From Actinomycetota bacterium (lineage in GTDB: Bacteria; Actinomycetota; Acidimicrobiia; Acidimicrobiales; JACCXE01): 64,000 nucleotides of DNA. The notes under the pieces are model-generated. The model saw only the letters and a list, made by a program, of their open reading frames with translations. It was not told where the DNA came from and made no database searches. The stretch spans positions 14,070-78,069 of the forward strand of contig JBEEFV010000058.1 in the NCBI GenBank assembly GCA_041166405.1, written 5' to 3'. Every line of letters begins with the position of its first letter. Position 1 is the stretch's first letter. The position numbers were made by a program, and so were the translations under genes. This document shows positions 19,630 through 28,523 of the stretch, piece after piece.

Positions 19630-20007
19630 ATGAAGCGATTCCTCACAACCGCAGCAGTCGTCGCGCTTGCCGGTGTTGCATTTGCCGGTTGCGGCGGGAA
19701 CGACAAGAAGGAAAGTTCGCCGACGACGGGAGCCAAGAGCGGCACCACGCTCAACCTCGTCGCCACGAACTTCAAGTTCGACAAGACGACGCTGACGGCT
19801 ACCGCCGGTGACACCGTCACCTTCGTCGTGAAGAACGACGCCGACAGCACCGAGCACAACTTGACGATCGAGGACCTCAAGGTCAACAAGGACGTCGAAG
19901 CCGGCAAGTCAGCTCAGCAGACGGTCAGCGACCTCAAGGCCGGCACGTATCAGTACCACTGCGAGTACCACCCGTCGCAGATGACGGGCACGCTGACCGT
20001 CAGTTAA
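19630..20007 (+). CDS. cupredoxin-domain lipoprotein
   Basis: Lipobox FAGC; type-1 Cu ligands HN...CEYHPSQM; alternative start 19624. Confidence 0.85.
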   Translation: MKRFLTTAAVVALAGVAFAGCGGNDKKESSPTTGAKSGTTLNLVATNFKFDKTTLTATAGDTVTFVVKNDADSTEHNLTIEDLKVNKDVEAGKSAQQTVSDLKAGTYQYHCEYHPSQMTGTLTVS

Positions 20008-21517
20008 CCGCGGCGTTCGCGACGAGGGGCCACGGCCGCTCGCGCTCTGCCGCCAGTGCGACGTCGAACAACAGCGCATCCTCGTGATGGCGCGCCAGTA
20101 CCTGCATGCCGACGGGCAACCCGTCGACGGTGCCCGCCGGGATCGACACCGCGGGGTTGCCGTAGATGTTCGAGATGATCGTCAGCGCGCCCATGTTCAC
20201 CATGTCGGGCACGCGACGGCTGGCGACGTCGAGCACGCGCGACGGCAGCGATGGCGCGAAGGTCGCTGCGAACCGCACGCCGCCCATCAGCGCGCGGAAC
20301 CCGTACTGCCCCGCGCCCGAAGACAGCACTCGGTCGATGACAGGTTGCTGTTGCGCGCTCGTCGTCGCCTCGGCCGCGAACGCGGGTCCGGGGTTGGTCG
20401 CCGCCACGATGAAGTCGACCTGCTCGAACGCACGCGCCATCGCTTCGTTGGCTGCAATGCGCATCCCCTCCGCGGCGGCCGCGGTGTGCAGGTTGTACAT
20501 CGTCTCGGCGAGGAACAGGCCGAACGCCACCTCGTCTGTGAGATCGCTCGCACAACCGGGCCACTTGTCGCCGAGGTCTTCGAGCAGCGTCGCCAGGTTT
20601 CCCATCGCCCATTGCGCCGCCAGGTTCGGCGGACGCACGTCGACGTCGACTTCGACCATGCCCGTCGCGGCGATGAGTTGCTTCACTTCGGCGCGCAGTT
20701 GTTCTTCGACGCCGGCTTCGAGGGCGACGCCACCGAGGTTCGCCACGATGGCGACGCGCTTGCCGCGCAACTCGTGCGTCCCGAGCCCCGCTTCCCACCC
20801 GCCGGGTGACGGGAGGCTGGTCGGGTCGTACGGATGGAACCCGGCGCAGACGTCGTAGTAACGCGCCGCGTCGCGCACGGACCGCGAGAGGTTGCCGAGC
20901 ACGACGGTGTTCGGGCGCATGAACGCGTGCGGGCTGCGCGGGATGCGACCGAAGGTGCCTTTGAAACCGAGCAACCCTGTGTAGCCCGCGGGGATCCGGA
21001 TGGAGCCGCCGCCGTCGCCGCCGGTCGCCAACGACACGAGCCCGCCCGCTACCGCCGCCGCCGATCCGCTCGACGAGCCACCGACGGTTCGCCCGTGCCG
21101 CCACGGGTTGTGGGTCACGCCGTTGATCTTCGTGACGCTCACGTTGAGGCCGCCGAACTCGCTCGCCGTGGTTTGGCCGACCGACACCACGCCACCGCGC
21201 TCTCGCAGGCGGTCGACGACGTGCGACGTGTACGTGCCGACGCGATCCTTGAACACCAGTGATGCCTCGGTGAACGGCCACCCCGCGACGGGTTCGAGTT
21301 CTTTGATGCCGGTCGGTACGCCGCCGAAGGGCAACGAGACGTCGGCGCGAGCGGCGGCGGCGCGGGCGCCGTCCACGTCGACGTAGCTGAACGCGTTCAG
21401 GTCTGACGTGCGAATCGCGTCGAGCGTCGCCTCGAGTTCTTCGACCGGGCTGCGCTCGCCGCGCCGGAACGCATCGACGAGTGAACACGCATCGCCTTGC
21501 CAGGGGGTGTCTGCCAC
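20000..21517 (-). CDS. amidase signature family protein
   Basis: Lys in GIKEL, GGSSSGS and DGGGSIRIPA (Ser-cisSer-Lys triad), GLPVGMQ. Confidence 0.93.
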   Translation of the reverse strand: MADTPWQGDACSLVDAFRRGERSPVEELEATLDAIRTSDLNAFSYVDVDGARAAAARADVSLPFGGVPTGIKELEPVAGWPFTEASLVFKDRVGTYTSHVVDRLRERGGVVSVGQTTASEFGGLNVSVTKINGVTHNPWRHGRTVGGSSSGSAAAVAGGLVSLATGGDGGGSIRIPAGYTGLLGFKGTFGRIPRSPHAFMRPNTVVLGNLSRSVRDAARYYDVCAGFHPYDPTSLPSPGGWEAGLGTHELRGKRVAIVANLGGVALEAGVEEQLRAEVKQLIAATGMVEVDVDVRPPNLAAQWAMGNLATLLEDLGDKWPGCASDLTDEVAFGLFLAETMYNLHTAAAAEGMRIAANEAMARAFEQVDFIVAATNPGPAFAAEATTSAQQQPVIDRVLSSGAGQYGFRALMGGVRFAATFAPSLPSRVLDVASRRVPDMVNMGALTIISNIYGNPAVSIPAGTVDGLPVGMQVLARHHEDALLFDVALAAERERPWPLVANAAVN

Positions 21518-21521
21518 GACG

Positions 21522-22109
21522 TCAGCCTCGCAGAAGCCGCTCCACCATGGCGTCGACCGTGGGTTGGACGCGTCGCAACATCGCCTTGGGATGCGGCGCC
21601 GCGGCGATGATCGCCCCGGCTTCGTTCAGCATGCCGAGCAACAGTTGTGCGGCGACGTGCACGTCTCCAGGGATGACGTGGCCCGCGCGCACTGCAGCTT
21701 CGAGCGTCGGCGTGAGCATGGTGACGCACGCGGTTTCGTTCGACCGGCGCACCCATTGCTGACCGAGCACCGCTGCCGCGTCGGTCAGCAGGATGCGCAT
21801 CACGGCGGGCTCTGCGTACGCCTCGACGCAGGCGCGTGCGCTCAGCCGGATCTGCTCGTGGGGCGAATCGCTCTTGCGCGCCGCCGCGACGACGCGGGCA
21901 CCGAGCTCGGCGTCGAGCTCGTTGGCGACGGCCTCGAACGCGTCGCGCTTGGACTCGAAGTGGTGGTAGAGCGCGCCGCGTGTCACTCCGGCGCGCTCGG
22001 CGATCTCGTCGCGCCCGGTTGCGGCGAAGCCCTTCTCCGTGAACAGCTCGCGGGCGGCGGCGATGAGCGCGGCCCGCGTCGTGGCACGGCGCTCGACCTG
22101 CGTGGGCAT
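21522..22109 (-). CDS. TetR/AcrR transcriptional regulator
   Basis: IAERAGVTRGALYHHF HTH; TACAGT 6 nt before ATG. Confidence 0.93.
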   Translation of the reverse strand: MPTQVERRATTRAALIAAARELFTEKGFAATGRDEIAERAGVTRGALYHHFESKRDAFEAVANELDAELGARVVAAARKSDSPHEQIRLSARACVEAYAEPAVMRILLTDAAAVLGQQWVRRSNETACVTMLTPTLEAAVRAGHVIPGDVHVAAQLLLGMLNEAGAIIAAAPHPKAMLRRVQPTVDAMVERLLRG

Positions 22110-22127
22110 GATCGAACTGTAACCGCT

Positions 22128-22152
22128 TTACATGCGTGCTGCCCGCATGTAA
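22128..22152. promoter_or_regulatory. probable TetR operator
   Basis: Perfect inverted repeat TTACATGCG-N7-CGCATGTAA between divergent tetR and amine oxidase, overlapping the TAACTT -10. Confidence 0.7.
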
Positions 22153-22161
22153 CTTCGCCTC

Positions 22162-23526
22162 ATGGCAACCCGATCTCTCGATGCCGACGTCTGCGTCGTC
22201 GGTGCCGGATACGCCGGACTCACCGCGGCGCGCCGCCTGAACCAGGGCGGCAAGTCGGTCGTCGTGCTCGAAGCACGCGATCGGGTCGGCGGTCGCGTCT
22301 ATTCGATGCGCGGCACTACGGGCGCCGTTCTCGACATGGGCGGCACGTTCATCGGCCCGCGCCAGGACCGTCTCCACGCCCTCGTAAAGGAGATGGGCGC
22401 GTCGACGTTCAAGTCGAACCTCGAAGGCAAGAGCTTGCTGGCGAGCTACGGCAAGACCCGTCGTTACGACGCCACCAAGACCCCGCGGCTGAACCCGTTC
22501 GGGCTCGCCAGCTTCGGCCAGGCCGTAGTGCGCCTCGACCGTCTCGCCAAGAAGGTCCCGCTCGACGCGCCGTGGAACACGCCCAACGCCGCCGAGCTCG
22601 ACGCGCAGTCGATCGCATCCTGGCTATCGCGCGTCCGCGTGCCGACGAAGACGGCGCGCGACCTCCTCACCGCGACGTTCCGCGCGTTGTTCGCGTCAGA
22701 GCTCAACGAAGTGTCGCTGCTCAACGCCTTGTTCCTGATCAACTCAGGCGGCGGGCTGATCAACTTCATGCAGGTCGCCGACGGTTACCAGGACAGCCAG
22801 ATCGAAGGCGGCATGCAGACGATGGCCGATCGCATGGCAGCCGAACTCGGCGACTCGCTCGTGCTCGACGCGCCGGTGCGCGCCGTCGTGCAAGGCAACA
22901 GCGATGCCACCGTCGAAGGCGACGGCGTGACCGTGCGCGCGCAAAAAGTGATCATGGCGATCCCGCCGGCGCTGGCCGGCCATGTTCGTTACGACCCGGT
23001 GCTGCCGGCCGAACACGCCGCGCTCTTCCACACGATGCTCGGCGGCACCGAGATCAAAACCGTCGCCGTGTACGACGAGCCGTTCTGGCGCGCCGACGGA
23101 TTGTGCGGCGCGTCGGCGGCGATGGACGACATCGCCGAAGTGACACTCGACACGACACAGCCGAACGGCGCGCCGGGAGTCCTCGCCAGTTACGCCGCTG
23201 GCGCCAAGGCGCGCACGCTGGCGCGTATGAGCGAAGCCGATCGCCACGCGGCGATCCTGGCGATCTTCACGACGCGCTTCGGCACGAAGGCGGCGAAGCC
23301 CCTCGAGGTCGTCGACATGAACTGGCTCGCGGAACCGTGGACGCGCGGCTGCAGCATGGCGCGCATGGGCACCGGAGTGATCACGAACTTCTTCAAAGAG
23401 ATCCGGGAACCCGTCGGCCGTATCCACTGGGCGGGCACGGAGACAGCGACCATCAGCCACGGGGCCATCGACGGCGCCGTGCGCTCGGGCGAACGCGCCG
23501 CGCAGGAGATTCTCGGAACGCAGTAG
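22162..23526 (+). CDS. flavin monoamine oxidase family protein
   Basis: GAGYAG, EARDRVGGR, and C-terminal HWAGTETA..GAIDGAVRSGERAA. Confidence 0.93.
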   Translation: MATRSLDADVCVVGAGYAGLTAARRLNQGGKSVVVLEARDRVGGRVYSMRGTTGAVLDMGGTFIGPRQDRLHALVKEMGASTFKSNLEGKSLLASYGKTRRYDATKTPRLNPFGLASFGQAVVRLDRLAKKVPLDAPWNTPNAAELDAQSIASWLSRVRVPTKTARDLLTATFRALFASELNEVSLLNALFLINSGGGLINFMQVADGYQDSQIEGGMQTMADRMAAELGDSLVLDAPVRAVVQGNSDATVEGDGVTVRAQKVIMAIPPALAGHVRYDPVLPAEHAALFHTMLGGTEIKTVAVYDEPFWRADGLCGASAAMDDIAEVTLDTTQPNGAPGVLASYAAGAKARTLARMSEADRHAAILAIFTTRFGTKAAKPLEVVDMNWLAEPWTRGCSMARMGTGVITNFFKEIREPVGRIHWAGTETATISHGAIDGAVRSGERAAQEILGTQ

Positions 23527-23576
23527 TACCTTTACGCCCAGGACGTTCGATGCCGTGAACGTCGCCAGGGGCACTT

Positions 23577-25238
23577 GTGAATCAACTGACTCGCAGCGAG
23601 CGCGTCACGCTCGTCATCGTGGCTGTTGCCGTCTTGGCGGGCGGCATCGCGCCGACGGCCGCCCCCGACTCACTCGGCACCGCGCTGATGTACGACGCCG
23701 CGGTGCTCGCGGCGGCGACGTTCGCGCTCGCCGGCACGCTGCGCCTGCCGCCTGACCGCCGGCGCGAATGGTGGTTCGTGCCCGTGGCGGTGACGCTGTT
23801 CTTCGGCGGCGACGTCATCTGGGACATCTACCAGCATGCGCTGCACCGCCCGCCGCCGCTGCCGTCGGCCGGCGACGCGTTTTACCTCGCCGGCTATCCG
23901 CTGTTGCTGTTCGGGTTGCTCCACCTCGTGCGCAACCGCACGGCCGCCGATCGCCTGAATGCGATCCTCGACGCCGGCACGTTGGCGATGGCCGTGGGAC
24001 TGTTGGTGTGGGAGCCGCTGCTCGTCGGTTCGGGGCGCAGCTTGTCGGGGTCGTTGGTCGCCGGCGCCTATCCGGTCCTCGACGTCGTGGTCATCGGCTT
24101 CGCCGGAATCCTCGTCGGCGCGCGCCGGCCGTCGCAGTCGACCATGTTGTTGCTGGGCGGCAGCGGCGTGTTGTTCATCGGTCACCTCACGTACCTGATC
24201 CTGCAGAGCACCGGGCACTACGCGACGGGCGGGTTCCCGGACCCGTTGTTCGTCGCCGGGCCCTTTCTCATCGGAGCCAGCCCATGGTTCGACAACGCCG
24301 TCGACGTCGACGACCCGAGCGCGCTGCGCCGACCGCGTCCCGTCGCCGCCACGGTCGTCGTTATCGCCGCGCTGGTGGCGCTGCCCATCGACTTCGGCCT
24401 CAGTAACGATTCGACCAGTTCCTCCGAGCCCGCGGCGCGGCTGATGCTGCGCATCGCGCTGCTGGCGTTCGTCGCGGCGCGCCTGTTGCGCCAGGCGGTG
24501 CGCAACCAGCAACTCGTCACCGAACTCGACGACACGAGCACGCGCCTGCACGAGCTCGACGACATGCGCGAGGGGTTCTTCGCGATGGTCGCCCACGAAG
24601 TGCGCTCCCCCCTCGGCGCTATCGGCACCGCCGCCGCGGTGCTGCGCGACCACGGCGCCACGATGGCGCCCGACGAAGCGCGCGACCTCGCGGCCGGAAT
24701 CGCGCTCGACGCGCGCCGCCTCGCGCGGTTGACCGGCGACCTCGTCGACGCCAGCCGCGGCGGCCACGGCACGTTCCCGTGTCAGATGGCACCGGTCGAC
24801 GACGTCGGTGCCGTCGTGACCACCGCCGCAGGCGCGGCAGCGGCGAGCCAACGCCATCGCGTACAGATCGCTGCGAGCCCGGGTGTCGCGCTTACGGGCG
24901 ACGCCGATCGCCTCGCGCAGGTCGTCACGAACCTCGTCACGAATGCGCTCAAGTTCTCCGACGGCCCCGTCGACGTGTGTCTCGTGCGCGACGGCCACGA
25001 GGCCGTCCTGAAGGTGAGCGACCACGGCCCCGGTATTCCCGCGAACCAGACGCACCGCCTCTTCCAACGATTCACGCGTCTGCCGGCAAACGGATCCGGG
25101 CCACGCCCGAGCGGGACCGGCCTCGGGTTGTTCATCACGCACGAGGTCGTCGCAGCCCACGATGGCTCAATTCGCCACGTGCCGACCCCCGGCGGGGGCG
25201 CCACCTTCGAAGTGCGGCTGCCGTGTTGCGCGTCGTAG
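23577..25238 (+). CDS. membrane sensor histidine kinase
   Basis: Multi-TM N-terminus; H-box AHEVRSPL, N-box NLVTNALKF, DHGPGI and GTGLGL. Confidence 0.93.
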   Translation: MNQLTRSERVTLVIVAVAVLAGGIAPTAAPDSLGTALMYDAAVLAAATFALAGTLRLPPDRRREWWFVPVAVTLFFGGDVIWDIYQHALHRPPPLPSAGDAFYLAGYPLLLFGLLHLVRNRTAADRLNAILDAGTLAMAVGLLVWEPLLVGSGRSLSGSLVAGAYPVLDVVVIGFAGILVGARRPSQSTMLLLGGSGVLFIGHLTYLILQSTGHYATGGFPDPLFVAGPFLIGASPWFDNAVDVDDPSALRRPRPVAATVVVIAALVALPIDFGLSNDSTSSSEPAARLMLRIALLAFVAARLLRQAVRNQQLVTELDDTSTRLHELDDMREGFFAMVAHEVRSPLGAIGTAAAVLRDHGATMAPDEARDLAAGIALDARRLARLTGDLVDASRGGHGTFPCQMAPVDDVGAVVTTAAGAAAASQRHRVQIAASPGVALTGDADRLAQVVTNLVTNALKFSDGPVDVCLVRDGHEAVLKVSDHGPGIPANQTHRLFQRFTRLPANGSGPRPSGTGLGLFITHEVVAAHDGSIRHVPTPGGGATFEVRLPCCAS

Positions 25239-25843
25239 TCGCCGACGACCACCCCCTGATGCTGACGGGCGTCATCGCTCGCCTGTCGGTCGAGGACGAC
25301 ATCGACGTCGTCGGGCGCGCCACGACGTGTCAGGAATTGATCAGCGCAGTACGCGCCCACGTCCCCGACGTCGTCGTCGCCGACGTCACGATGCCCGACG
25401 GATCGGTGCTCGACGTGCTGGGCGACCTCGCACGCGCCGCGCCCGACGCGCGCGTCCTGCTGCTGTCGGCGACCGACGATCCTGCGGCGGTGTCCACCGC
25501 GCTCGCGCGCGGCGCGAGAGGTTTCCTGTCGAAGGAGACCGACTCCGACGTGCTGGCGACGCACGTGCGCGACGTCGCCGCCGGAAACACCGTGCTCGAC
25601 GCTCGTTCGGCCGCCGCGGTCGCGGCGCGTTTGCGCGACCCGGGGCCTTCCGAGGCGCTGTCGACGCGAGAGGTCGAAGTCCTGCGCCTCGTGGCCGAAG
25701 GCAAGTCGAACCCCGAAATCGGCAAGTCGCTGTTCGTCGCCGCCAGCACGGTCAAGACCCACCTCGACCGCGCCTACGCCAAACTGGGCGTGAGCGATCG
25801 GGCGGCCGCCGTGGCACGCGCCAAGGACCTCAAGCTCTTCTGA
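25223..25843 (+). CDS. NarL/LuxR family response regulator
   Basis: VADDHP, DVTMPD, FLSK and LSTREVEVL..GKSN.EI...TVKTH; start re-assigned to GTG 25223. Confidence 0.93.
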   Translation: MLRVVVADDHPLMLTGVIARLSVEDDIDVVGRATTCQELISAVRAHVPDVVVADVTMPDGSVLDVLGDLARAAPDARVLLLSATDDPAAVSTALARGARGFLSKETDSDVLATHVRDVAAGNTVLDARSAAAVAARLRDPGPSEALSTREVEVLRLVAEGKSNPEIGKSLFVAASTVKTHLDRAYAKLGVSDRAAAVARAKDLKLF

Positions 25844-25967
25844 GCGTGTCCACCGACCGGGGGACACGCCAACCCCCCGGCCGAGGGATAGTGCGTCCGC
25901 GGCCGGTCGCGCATGCTGCTTGCACCCGCTGACGGCATTCGGCGGCCATTACCCCAAGCAAGTAGTT

Positions 25968-26007
25968 AAGAAGGGACGCGACCTCTGGGCGTCCCTTCTT
26001 GCTTTTG
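25968..26007 (+). terminator. intrinsic terminator-like hairpin
   Basis: 12-bp perfect stem AAGAAGGGACGC/GCGTCCCTTCTT followed by GCTTTT. Confidence 0.55.
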
Positions 26008-26021
26008 GGTACAAATCCCCC

Positions 26022-26984
26022 ATGCCCTTCCGGGATCGCGCCGATGGCGGTCGGCGGCTCGCAGAGCGGATCACCGCGCTGCACCTGACCAGCCCGATCG
26101 TCCTGGGATTGCCGCGCGGCGGCGTGCCCGTCGCCGCAGAAGTTGCCGCGGCGCTGCGCGCCCCGCTCGACGTTTTCGTCGCCCGCAAGGTCGCGTTGCC
26201 GGGCCACGAGGAATTCGGCGTCGGTGCGGTCGCCGAGGGGATCTACGACCCCGTGCGCTCCGGGGTCGTCGACGACCTGGGTGTGAACAAGAGCGACTTC
26301 GAAGCGTTCGCTCAGCAAGCACGCCACGAGGTCGACCGGCGCGTGCGGATGTATCGCGGCGCCCGCGCGTTGCCCCACTTGGCGGGCCGCGACGTCGTGC
26401 TCGTCGACGACGGCCTCGCGACGGGTGTGACGGCAGAGGCCGCCGTGCGTTCGTTGCGGGCGATGAGCCCGGCGCGGGTTGTCGTCGCCGCGCCGGTGTG
26501 CGCAGAAGCGACCGCGCAACGACTGGCGCGCATCGCCGACGACGTCGTCTGCGTCGAGACCCCCGCCGACCTCGTCGCCGTTGGCCACTGGTATCACGAC
26601 TTCACGCAGATCACCGACGACGAGGTCATCGCGCTGCTTACCGGCGACCCGTCGGTCGAAGAGGTGCTGATCGCGACCGACGACGGCGTGCTGCGCGGCG
26701 ACCTGACGCTGCCGCCGGGCGCGCGGGGCGTCGTCGTGTTCGCCGCGAGCGAAGGCGGCAGTAGCCGCGCCAGCATCACGGACCGCTACGTCGCCGAACA
26801 CTTGCAGGCGGCGGGTTTCGCAACGCTGCTGCTCGACATGGAAGCCCACGCGGGCGCGGCCGTCGCGGCGCGCCTCGCGGCAGCGGCGCAGTGGCTCGAG
26901 GAACAGCGCGGCGTGCGCGTCCCGATCGGCTACATCGGCGCCGAGCCGCGCGAAACCGATACCGACGGTATCAGCATTCCCTAG
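26022..26984 (+). CDS. phosphoribosyltransferase fused to a truncated dienelactone-hydrolase-like domain
   Basis: FRDR..GG, LGLPRGGVPVA and LVDDGLATG PRPP-binding motifs; C-terminal hydrolase part ends at IGYIGAE. Confidence 0.88.
   Translation: MPFRDRADGGRRLAERITALHLTSPIVLGLPRGGVPVAAEVAAALRAPLDVFVARKVALPGHEEFGVGAVAEGIYDPVRSGVVDDLGVNKSDFEAFAQQARHEVDRRVRMYRGARALPHLAGRDVVLVDDGLATGVTAEAAVRSLRAMSPARVVVAAPVCAEATAQRLARIADDVVCVETPADLVAVGHWYHDFTQITDDEVIALLTGDPSVEEVLIATDDGVLRGDLTLPPGARGVVVFAASEGGSSRASITDRYVAEHLQAAGFATLLLDMEAHAGAAVAARLAAAAQWLEEQRGVRVPIGYIGAEPRETDTDGISIP
26958..26972. promoter_or_regulatory. probable TetR operator
   Basis: Perfect palindrome GATACCG-A-CGGTATC just upstream of the TACGAT -10 of tetR. 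Confidence 0.6.
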
Positions 26985-26997
26985 TTACGATTTGTCG

Positions 26998-27594
26998 GTG
27001 GCGAGGAAGCGGTTAACCCGCGAGGAGAGCAAGGCGAAGACGCGCCAAGAGTTGCTGCGCGCCGCCAACCGGCTTTTCCTACGCAACGGGTACGTCCAAA
27101 CCTCGCTCGCCAACATCGCCGAGGAGGCGGCGCTCACAAAGGGCGCGGTGTACTCCAACTTCGAGAGCAAAGAAGACCTGTTCCTCGCGCTGTTGCAACA
27201 GCCCGACCCCGAATGGACCGGGCCGCACGACGTGCGCGACCTCCCCGGCAAGACGCGTGAGGACAAGGCGCGCAACTTCGGCCGGTACGCCGTTTCACAG
27301 ATCCCGAGCCGCCGTCACCTGGCGTTGTTCCTCGAAATGAACGCCGTCGCGTTACGCAGCGATCGCATGCGCAAGTGGGTGGCCGTCCACAACGACGACT
27401 TCTTCGAACAACTGGGCGAGCGCCTGCGCAGTGAGCTCGACCTTCCCGACGTCGACGCGAAGACGCTCGGCTTCATCGCCCAGTCCGTGTACGTCGGGCT
27501 GGTGATGCACGCGGGATTCAACGAAGACGCGGACGAAGACCTCTTCACTCGCGCCTACGGGTTGATCGCTGGTCTCGCCAACAGCACCGCGTAA
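26998..27594 (+). CDS. TetR/AcrR transcriptional regulator
   Basis: IAEEAALTKGAVYSNF HTH; TACGAT-6nt-GTG suggests a leaderless start at 26998 (ORF track gives 26992). Confidence 0.92.
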   Translation: MARKRLTREESKAKTRQELLRAANRLFLRNGYVQTSLANIAEEAALTKGAVYSNFESKEDLFLALLQQPDPEWTGPHDVRDLPGKTREDKARNFGRYAVSQIPSRRHLALFLEMNAVALRSDRMRKWVAVHNDDFFEQLGERLRSELDLPDVDAKTLGFIAQSVYVGLVMHAGFNEDADEDLFTRAYGLIAGLANSTA

Positions 27595-27639
27595 TGGATT
27601 CCGTTAGTTTCTGGATACCAGCAGACCTCGGAGGAACCG

Positions 27640-28515
27640 GTGTCGACCACCGCGACGCGCATCGTCACTGACGATCTACTCGAGCAGTACCGGCGCGACG
27701 GGTTCGTGATGGTCCCCGACCTGCTGACGCCCGAAGAGGTGGCGCGCTTCGGCGCCGCGGTGACGGCCGGGGTCAAGTGGCGCACCAAGGACCTCAGCGT
27801 CCCGCTGGAAAAGCGCTCCAACTACCAAAAGTCCTTTCTCCAGTGCATGAACCTCTGGGAGGACTGCGAGGACGTCGCGCCGCTGACGTTCCACCCGCGG
27901 ATCGGGCAAGCGGCCGCCGAGTTGATGGAGGTCGACGCCTGCCGCGTGTGGCACGACCAAGCGCTCTACAAGGAGGCGCACGGGCGCGAGACCGACGCGC
28001 ACCAGGACCACCCGTACTGGCCGATCAAGGAAGTGAACTCGGTTACGGCGTGGATCCCGTTCGTGCAGTCGACGCTGGAGAACGGCGCGCTCGGCTACCT
28101 ACCGGGCAGCCACGCCATCGGTCTGCGCAAGTTCGTGAACATCTTCTTCGGCGAACCCGACAAGATCCTCGACGAGCCCGAGTTGCGCGAGATCGAGCCG
28201 GTGTTCTTGTCGGTGCCGCCGGGCTCGGTCGCCTTCCACCACGGCCTGACCGTGCACCTGGCCGGCGCCAACAACACCGACGTCGACCGGGCGGTGCACA
28301 CGATCATCTTCTTCCCCGACGGCTCGACCCGCGGCTACCCGTTCCCGCACTTTTCGGTCGACCGCGGCGGCATCGAGGTCGGTCAGAAGATCGACAGTGA
28401 CGCGACGCCGATCGCCTACCCGCGTCCTGCCGGCGAACCGCTGCCGCCGAAACCCAGGGTGGGCTTCGACGTCAACGAGGGCGTCGCGAACACGGGCGCG
28501 GTCCCCCGCCGCTGA
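27640..28515 (+). CDS. phytanoyl-CoA dioxygenase (PhyH) family Fe(II)/2OG dioxygenase
   Basis: YRRDGF, HQD facial-triad motif, TAWIP, ENGAL..LPGSH, FHHGLTVH and R; GGAGG RBS. Confidence 0.9.
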   Translation: MSTTATRIVTDDLLEQYRRDGFVMVPDLLTPEEVARFGAAVTAGVKWRTKDLSVPLEKRSNYQKSFLQCMNLWEDCEDVAPLTFHPRIGQAAAELMEVDACRVWHDQALYKEAHGRETDAHQDHPYWPIKEVNSVTAWIPFVQSTLENGALGYLPGSHAIGLRKFVNIFFGEPDKILDEPELREIEPVFLSVPPGSVAFHHGLTVHLAGANNTDVDRAVHTIIFFPDGSTRGYPFPHFSVDRGGIEVGQKIDSDATPIAYPRPAGEPLPPKPRVGFDVNEGVANTGAVPRR

Positions 28516-28523
28516 TCTCTAGC

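Noticed and set aside
25920-25965. Minus-strand resemblance to a c-di-AMP (ydaO) riboswitch (TGGGGTAAT...CCGAATGCCGTCAGC)
   Set aside because: Only fragments match; the 5' half and the GCTAAC element are missing, and no minus-strand gene lies downstream
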